A stretch of DNA of 62,066 bases, counting the filler, from Hausera hauseri (lineage: Eukaryota), in the NCBI GenBank assembly GCA_046269625.1. It is 11 parts of 11 records of this genome, joined end to end, with 100 filler letters (N's around TTAATTAATTAA, not from the genome) between each part and the next. Parts side by side here need not be neighbours in the genome. Positions count along the whole stretch, not along the records: positions 52,761 to 57,016 come from JBJURY010673218.1; positions 57,117 to 62,066 come from JBJURY010381924.1; 9 more parts are not named here. One strand, written 5' to 3'. The notes beneath the pieces are model-generated. The model did not search any database and was not told where the DNA came from. It saw nothing but the letters and a program-made list of their open reading frames with translations. This document shows positions 53,735-62,066 of the stretch, piece by piece; position 1 is the stretch's first letter, and each line of letters begins with the position of its first letter. The position numbers and the translations under genes are program-made.

Positions 53735-56321
53735 GGCCCTGAAGGGGAATCTGGATTGATTGGTAATATTGGAAAAAATGGTCCAGCAGGTGCTCCGGGA
53801 GCTAATGGACCAAATGGTCCACTTGGCCCTCCTGGAGATGACGGACCTCCTGGACCAGATGGTATCAGAGGTATTATGGGAAAGAAGGGTAAGGTTGGCG
53901 ATAAAGGAACTGAAGGTCCTATTGGTAATCGTGGGGTACGAGGTCCAAGAGGAAAGAGTGGTGTTCCCGGAAAAGATGGAATAAATGGGAAACCGGGAAA
54001 GGATGGAAAACTTGGAGACCCTGGAGTAATTGGGGCTACTGGGAAAATTGGACGACCGGGACCTCAAGGAAAACAGGGAAGTCCTGGTCCATTAGGAGAC
54101 AAAGGAGACATTGGTCCAATTGGTACGTCAGGTCCTTCGGGAGTCTCGGTTAGTTGCGAAATATTCCAAAATATTCTGCATTTAGAATTTAATACGTTTG
54201 ATGTTTTAGTACAGACGATGATTACATTTCATTTTGAAGGTTGTAATAGTTAATAAAAATTGAAAGTCTTGGTAATCCTACTCTCATAAATAACCATTTT
54301 CTGAAACAGTTTCAATTGAGCCGCCAACTTTATCTTTCTGCTCAAGCACAGCAATATCGTACCCTTCTTTAAATAAAAGGTAAGCAGTAGTTAAACCNNN
54401 NNNNNNNATGGTTTTTAATAGAATTTGTTATAAGAGTACAACATTTTACGTTAATCAGTAATATAAATAAGACGTAGATATGTTATGCGAAAGGTTGTTT
54501 GACTACTTTGAAATAATTTCAAAACAATGTTGAAAGTGAAATACATATGCATAATAAAATTCAAATTTTCATTAGGGAATACCTGGAATGCCAGGACCCA
54601 TTGGCCACCAGGGATCTATTGGACCAAAAGGCAATCAAGGAAGAAGTGGATCTCCTGGTGCAATGGGAATTGCTGGAAGATCGGGGGTCAGAGGCCAACC
54701 GGGGCCTCAAGGTCCTCCCGGACCTGTTTCTTTTAGTGGAAGGTCAGGTGGTGAAGCTGGTGCTGTAGGAAAGCCTGGAGCGGCTGGAAAGGCAGGCAGA
54801 CCCGGTGGAGCAGGACCACCGGGAGACTTGGGTAAGAAAATAAATTGTATACAATTTTTAAATAAGCTTGCCTTTGATTCCTAAAGTAAATTATTACTAA
54901 TGATTTACTTATAATATTTGAGAATCTGAAACATTAACTTAATGCTAACAGGTCCACCAGGAGATGTTGGACCAACCGGTCCTTCAGGAAAACCTGGGAA
55001 ACAAGGAAAAACTGGTCCACCTGGAATACTTGGAAAAGATGGTCTTGATGGTAAACCAGGTGCAGATGGGCCACCTGGACCTGCAGGACCCAGGGGCAAA
55101 ATGGGCCCAATAGGCAATAAAGGTAAACCTGGACCAACAGGACCTCCAGGAGGTCCTGGATTTAGAGGCATCACCGGACCTCAGGGAGACGATGGACCGG
55201 ATGGAGCTCCGGGTAAAGAAGGGCCAGCTGGGCTTCTTGGACCTGACGGTCTGCCCGGACTTCAAGGTTTTCCCGGTGACGCCGGAAGAGATGGGGAACG
55301 CGGAGACGTTGGAAAACGTGGCCCAAAAGGAAAAATTGGAGAAATTGGAATTCCAGGATCAACAGGTCGTGATGGTAGACCAGGAATTGCCGTAAAAATT
55401 TTATTTGATGTTATAATACAACATTTGATAAGGGTTTACGAGGCGATACTGGAGCTCCGGGTCCACGAGGCCCTGAAGGTGCACAGGGTCAAGTGGGTAT
55501 TCTTGGTCCTGTTGGTGATTCTGGGGATCCAGGACCTAAAGGGAAGCCTGGAAGTACAGGACCGAGAGGCTCACAAGGATTACAAGGCACTGGTGGTGGA
55601 GTTGGAGAAATGGGTGAACAAGGTGCCATGGGAAAAGAAGGAGCGGCTGGACCTGAAGGACCCCCGGGTCAACCCGGTCCAGTGGGGATAACAGGAACAG
55701 GAGGAGTTGCAGGAAAGTCTGGTGGTCTTGGGTTTAAAGGAAAAGCTGGTGCCAAAGGACTTCCAGGAAAACCTGGAAAAGAAGGGCTTCCTGGAAAAGT
55801 TGGTCCCATGGGTAAACCAGGTGGCAAAGGTAAGTCAGGTAAAGGTGGTACTGATGGACAACCCGGAAAACCTGGGCAGACTGGTCATCCAGGATTCATG
55901 GGTATTAGAGGATTACCTGGACCTCCTGGTCAAATCGGTGATAGAGGTGATGAAGGTGCACCTGGACCACCTGGAATTCAGGGACCGTTAGGAGATGTTG
56001 GTGAACAAGGTTTACCGGGCCTAAAAGGACCAATTGGAAACGACGGTGAAAATGGAACAATGGGTCTGAGTGGTCCATATGGTAAAGACGGACCGCCTGG
56101 TGTTCCAGGTCCACTTGGAAATCCAGGCCCACCTGGTCCTCCAGGACCACCAGCCATGATGTTGCCAATTACGTATAATACTGAAGTACCAATGTACTCT
56201 GATGATCCCCATGTTGCCGATGTTTTGGGATCTGATACAATTGCAGAACCATTAGGAACAAAGTCGTCTCCAGCGCGATCCTGTGCTCATTTAATATCAC
56301 GGAATGCAGATATCCATGACG
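53735..56321 (+). CDS. Fibrillar collagen alpha chain, partial; exons 53735-54148, 54576-54831, 54952-55391, 55433-56321
   Basis: Continuous Gly-X-Y across GT/AG junctions, a terminal GPP run, C-telopeptide and the start of COLFI ([12 protein letters not shown]). Confidence 0.93.
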
Positions 56322-57650
56322 GTTAGATTGACTTATTATCTTAAAATATCAAAATTGAGACATTTGGCTTCATTTCCAAATAATCAATTTATTTTTTAAT
56401 TACCATAAAATTATGTAAGCAATGCATCAAATTCTTCAGATTTAAATTTTGTGCAGAAATATTAGATGTATCAGATGCGGAAATTTACGTAGGTTCAGTA
56501 ATTTAAGACCAAGGGTTTCTACGTACAAATAATAGGGTTGATTCGACATTGATGAATATTTTACGAAAGAAAAATGTCTGGATTTAAAATGTGTTTTAGA
56601 GTTCAAGATTTCGTAATAGAAAATTCAAAATAATTTGCATTGGTTTCGGATACTAATTTATACAATTCAGAAAAGAAATCGATTGACCTTTGCATGGAAA
56701 CGCAAAACAAATAGTACAAAATAAGGATATTAACCAAGAAACCAACCATTCAAGATTCATTCGAAGAATGTATAAGCAGTCATAGTCAGAAATTGATGTT
56801 TTTACTCATCGCTTTAGTTCGAAAGACTAATGTTCAAATTACTCCATTATGTATCACACTATATAAACCGGTGTTCTTCAAAAACAAAGATAATAAATCA
56901 GTATTCCTTATCATACACTGAGTGCTTTGATCACAAAAAGAGGTTGTATTTAAAGTGCGCCTATTTTAATTTTTGGGTGTTAAAAAAATTTTTATTAAAA
57001 AAAATTTACTTTATTANNNNNNNNNNNNNNNNNNNNNNNNNNNNNNNNNNNNNNNNNNNNTTAATTAATTAANNNNNNNNNNNNNNNNNNNNNNNNNNNN
57101 NNNNNNNNNNNNNNNNAGTACGTCATTTTTTGCTTTTTGTTTATTATTTGGATTTTAAATTATTGATTTTTATTTATTACGCTAAATCATATTTCCTTTA
57201 TATAATATTCACATTCCAGACTATGAGTAATCATAAATATGAAAATGATTTCGTAATACAGAACAATAGACGGCATAATGCAGCACAACTCAATACTCTC
57301 GTCATATCCGTACAGGCTTTTATTACGTTTTAATACAATTGAAATAAATTAATTAATTTGTAATAATTATCATTCTAAAACGTGAAAAGTCAAAAGCGTC
57401 TTGCAAATTTTGCAATGTTGTTACCAAATAAATTTATTTCAGTCATAACATGAAAATCGCCCTTCACAAAACTAAATTTCGTAACATATGACATTAATAA
57501 TTATTCAAAATTTTAAATAAATAATTGGTCATAATTTTGTTCAAAATAATTTAGACTACTAAATCAATGTACAAATTATATGGCAAAATTTTTTCTGAAA
57601 ACAAAATCCAAACAAGAATTGCAAATATTTATTGATTTAACCAATTTAAT

Positions 57651-58436
57651 TTATTCAGATACTCGAGCTACATCGCAACTCAGGTTGACCAATAATTTCA
57701 GAACAACTTTCTCCAATGTTTCCACAGCTACACGGATATTCTCAATTCCTACTTTAATTCTCACGGATATGTGAACTTTAATGTTCAAGAGAGCTTCAAG
57801 GATTGCCTTGACGACAATAAGAACCTTGGCAACTGCAGCTTTCAAATTCAGTGATAAGACATCTCTGAGAATTTCCAAAAGACCTCCACGTAATAAATAG
57901 AATACTGGTCTTAACAGTCCATTCAATGGAATAATTCCTTCTGTTAATCCAAGAACATTGCACAACAATCCACTGACTAATCCACCTTCTTTGAGCAATT
58001 CTGCCAACAATCCATGTTTTCCAATAACTGCTTCTAGTAAACCACCGACTAAACCATGTGGACCAAGCAAAGCACCAACAATGCCTTTAGGTCCAAGAAG
58101 ACCATGCAGAAGTCCTCCTAACAGGCCTCCTTTGTCAAGAAGACCACCGAGAATACCTCGTTCACCCAACAAAATATCCAACAGACCTCCTTTACTTCCA
58201 AGTAAGCTATTCAACAAACCACCAAGGAGACCTTTTGGTCCGAGTAATCCACCTAATAGACCTCCTTCTCCACCAAGAAGACCGCCAAGAAGTCCACCTC
58301 CTTTTCCACCTCCAAGAAGACCGCCAAGAAGTCCGCCTTCTTCACCACCTCCACCTCCACCTAGAATACCACCGAGTAGAGCACTTGTGTTGGAAACAAA
58401 CAACACAAAGAAAGCAGCGCAAATTATGAATTTCAT
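57651..58436 (-). CDS. Secreted Gly/Leu-rich (GGLLGGLL repeat) protein, 261 aa
   Basis: Intact single ORF with signal peptide MKFIICAAFFVLFVSNTSA, more than 10 GLLGG-type units and an aliphatic C-terminal region. Confidence 0.85.
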   Translation of the reverse strand: MKFIICAAFFVLFVSNTSALLGGILGGGGGGEEGGLLGGLLGGGKGGGLLGGLLGGEGGLLGGLLGPKGLLGGLLNSLLGSKGGLLDILLGERGILGGLLDKGGLLGGLLHGLLGPKGIVGALLGPHGLVGGLLEAVIGKHGLLAELLKEGGLVSGLLCNVLGLTEGIIPLNGLLRPVFYLLRGGLLEILRDVLSLNLKAAVAKVLIVVKAILEALLNIKVHISVRIKVGIENIRVAVETLEKVVLKLLVNLSCDVARVSE

Positions 58437-59402
58437 GGATAAAATTTTTCTGGAAATATTTCCTTTTTATAGCTTTAGTCAACTTTGTAATAGTCTAGAG
58501 TACCGTCGGAAAACGACTTCTTTTTGACAAGCATGTATACAACGCATGGCATAGTTCCACTTATGACACTTTGCACAATCTCGAACTTCAAGTTTAAACG
58601 ATTGGCTCTTTTTCTCTAGTAGTTTCTGGAGAAAGGTTTTGTGTTAAACGTAGACGTTTAAATTGGATTAAATAAGTATATTTCTACATACAGAAAATTT
58701 CCATTTATTGCATATTAATTTCGTTCTAAAATTATGAAACTGGCTATCAATGACTCGCTGTAAATGTTTTAACGAATTTGTTTCATTTGTGTTGATGTAT
58801 ACGATTAGCATAATTTATTAAAAATAACATCTTGTTTGATGAAACAGTTATTTTTAAGACTACAATTAGTGTTTAGTTTTATTTATTCCATTGCGTTTAT
58901 GAAAAAACAACCGATTACGTAATGTTTTACTTATTGATTTTGATTATAATAAAGTACAAAATTGATACAAATATTGCTTACTGATGAATGAAACAAATAA
59001 TAACATGAAGTTGCAAGAATGAAACAAATTGGCAAAGGTCACACAAGTTTGATACATTCTAAGTACATTAAATACAAATTTAAATAGGGTTACCTAATAT
59101 TTTGTAGGCATGCTCTTTGCAGACAACTGCCTTGATCCTGTGTGACATAGAAGATGAAATTTTGACTGAATTTTGGAGTTTCGTCTGTTTTCCAGGTCAA
59201 TCGGAACTTTGAAATTAAATCACTATATGATGTAGAATGCATTGCATGTACTCATTTCTTGAGAAGAACAAAACAATTTTCCATTGGGTTCAAGTCTGGT
59301 AAATTTTTCGGCCAGGAGTTCAGAATGTTAATACCTTCATTCACAATACAGCATTATTACCTAATTTGTATAAGATGGTTTCTGTAACAAATTATATATA
59401 TA

Positions 59403-60289
59403 TAGGGTCGATGCATAATTATTGAGGCTTATTTTTGCGACTTTTGGCGTGCTGATGAATTTTATTTTTTGTTTAAATAATCCTCTGTTGACAAGTATTG
59501 AAAACGAGTGTCGAAAATCATATCCATGTTTGCTACAGTCTTTTCGCGATCTCAACGAAAGTTTTGGCAAAGGAGCAATCAGAAAAATCAAAATTGAAAG
59601 ATAGTTTAGTTAGTTCACACCACACGCATGATGAAGGAATAGGTCGACCATTAAATTCCGCCTACCGGGTACTTTTGGCAGCCGTGGAAAAGGACGAAAG
59701 CTTGATAACGATAATGTTGCCCAAAGACTTCAGTGTGATCCATTGGACAATACTTTGTAGCCTCAAGAAGCTCGGGAAAGTATGGAAATAGGCTAGATTG
59801 AACCTCACAAACTCTCTGATAACAACAAAGCCGAACGCCTCCGAAATATCATAGATTTTCTGCAGCGAAAAGAACAAACTCCGTTCCTGAAGAATCTCGT
59901 CATTGGGATGAATCGTGGCTTCTCTTCAAAAACGTGGAATTTATCGTCAGTAATAACTAAGAACGGCTTCTTCGTCCGCAATATTCGCCCACATATGTGC
60001 CTACAGATTATCACTTCAATCGATAGCTGAAATATTGTCTCGTGAACAAAGTTTACGGCAACTTGAATGACTTGGTGGCCTCCAACAAACAGTGGATTGC
60101 CTCTAAGAACAGCAACTTCTTCGCCCGTGGAATCGACCGACTGCCAAACAAATGGGCAGCAGTAATTGAACTAGATGGTAAATATTCTTCGAAATAATCA
60201 TTTAAAGATGTTTTTGTTAAATTTTGCTATTGTTTATGCTGAATAAAATTTTGTGAAACAAAAACTGCAATAATTATGCATCAACCCAA
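59403..60289 (+). mobile_element. Mariner element, internally deleted and decayed
   Basis: TIRs T(A/T)GGGT(C/T)GATGCATAATTATTG with TA flanks, plus LKKLGKV, PFLKNLV and PTDYH...FFARGIDRLPNKW remnants. Confidence 0.88.
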
Positions 60290-61042
60290 TAATAAATAAA
60301 TAGTTGCAATAAAAATTGAAATCTAATTACATTTATCAGTTTGGATGTCATGAAGATAATTCCTCATGCATTTGAGAGACTACACGTCATATTTGTACAA
60401 GAATTACTTATTCGGAGTGTTTCTTATTCGAGTTGCTAAATTATCGAAGTGAGACTTATTCAAGAGAGACGGAAACCAAATTTCAAACCGAAGTATTATC
60501 TAAAGATGATTTTTGTTGATTGATTATCGTTATTTATGGAAGTTGATTTAATTGGAATTTTGTTGTTTAATATATTGCCATACATGATGTTCTTTTTACA
60601 ACCCACAAAGAGTGTGTTGTCACATCAAGGTTAAAGTAAAACATGGTAACTTATATAAGTAGTAGATTTTAGAAATTTCTCTTGCAATGACGAACGCGTT
60701 TGCATTCGAACTAAAACAGCTACATTGTAGTTAACTTTGATTACTACCTTACCAATAACTTTAAAGTTTGTTTGCCTTGAGATTTTAGAACACTTTATTA
60801 CAAAAATCATTTGCAGAATATAATTTCAAATTTACATATAAAAACGCCCAATTTTTATAAGACTACCTAATGGATATAGATGGTAGCCAAACGGAATCTT
60901 GAAAATGTTCATTGTTTTGTAACAAAGTGGTAACCCGTGTTTCCCACGGTTCAAAAAGTACCATATCATGGTTCGACAATATTGAAAAATTATCTGTATA
61001 AGCCGTACGTGCTCAAAATTAATATTTCTAGATATTTAGTTA

Positions 61043-61505
61043 ATGTATATGCATACGGATTCATTCATGTATCATATTCAATCTAGTGATATATTCAATG
61101 GTTTTTATAATTTGGTATATTTATTCGATACATCAGATTATCCCAAGCGTCACAAGAAATTTTCCTTGTCAAATGAAAAAGTTTTGGAAAAATTTAAGGA
61201 CGAAGTAATCATCAAAATTATTAGTGCTTATGTTGGACTTCGTCCGAAAATGTACGCTCTTAATGTGGATAGATAAATGAAGAAAAGTGGCAAAGGTGTT
61301 CAGAAAGCTAAACGTGAGAAACATCTCGTTTTAAGATTACATCCGGGTCCTTAGCAATCAGTCAGTAGTATTATCAGACATACGACGAATTGTATCACAT
61401 GACCATGTCGTGACGACAAATGTACTATGAAAGAAAAGTCTCAGCTTATTCGATGACAAACGATGTATTCAAGCAGATGGAATATCAAAATTACTTCAAG
61501 GATAA
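61043..61505 (+). pseudogene. Polinton pPolB C-terminal fragment
   Basis: YMHTDSF, DTSDYP, KFKDE, GLRPKMYA, KGV, DDKR. Confidence 0.85.
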
Positions 61506-62066
61506 TTTTACTTTATGTAATTAAATAAAATTTTGCGTGTGTTGTTTTATTTTTTTAAGTTATTTTTAAATTTAAAAGTTTCATAATGTTGTTACTTTGT
61601 AAAGAAAATACGAAATAGTATTTTATACACTTTTATGCTTCCAATAAAATATGCTTAACACCAAATCCAAGTACAGTTGCAAATAAATTTACAATCACAG
61701 TCTTCCGTCATCTTTCATGTGTTAAGTTTGAATGTTTTGTACAAGTTTAGGCCTCACAATCTCAAACTTAAACTCTTAAGTTCACTTGCAGCAACCTGTA
61801 GGTTGCTAATAATTTAATTATGGTTTAGTTAAACTTATTGTGCGAATCCGTTGCTAGGAGGCACATTAGCTGACTCTCCCCTTAATTAGAATTATTTTAA
61901 ACAATCGTCCTGATGGAACGTAATTCCAAAATGTCAGCCCTAAAATTATATTATTTGTAATTCTTTAATAAACAGGAAATTTAGTAATCGTAATAAGATA
62001 TTCAAAAATTACCAAATAAAAATTACATATTAAAATTAAATACCTAAACGAAATATAAAATTATAA

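Noticed and set aside
53708-56212. Several alternative-frame and antisense ORFs over the collagen gene
   Set aside because: By-products of Gly-X-Y codon periodicity.
4385-57116. Regularly recurring TTAATTAATTAA palindrome and apparent gene neighbourhoods across it
   Set aside because: Artificial contig linker embedded in Ns; adjacency between contigs has no biological meaning.
57958-58527. 189-aa Pro/Arg-rich ORF
   Set aside because: Antisense shadow of the Gly/Leu repeat gene.

Overview
This window is not one locus. It is 11 short contigs joined by ten 100-nt artificial spacers (N44-TTAATTAATTAA-N44), and the contigs appear to come from at least three organisms. (1) An AT-rich, short-intron invertebrate-like eukaryote supplies most contigs: a KDM3-like exon, ankyrin/RING gene, PCGF and DPAGT1 relics, fibrillar collagen, a secreted GLLGG-repeat protein, and decayed Polinton pPolB, CsRn1-like Gypsy and Tc1/mariner elements. 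(2) A teleost fish supplies 23074-29402: an ANKRD34-like pseudogene, a hAT element and an L2 LINE fragment. (3) A bacterium supplies 43461-~45243: a tightly packed, divergent type III CRISPR-Cas effector fragment (truncated upstream subunit, Csm3/Cas7, short Csm4/Cas5-like gene) joined without a gap to a eukaryotic repeat. No CRISPR array is visible. The best leads are the divergent type III cassette, an apparent ubiquitin-like domain fused in frame to a Gypsy Gag, a chuvirus-like glycoprotein relic upstream of a Gypsy PR-RT, and an atypical zinc-binding module shared by the N-termini of two divergent Polinton polymerases. All family calls come from motif recognition by eye; no searches were run.
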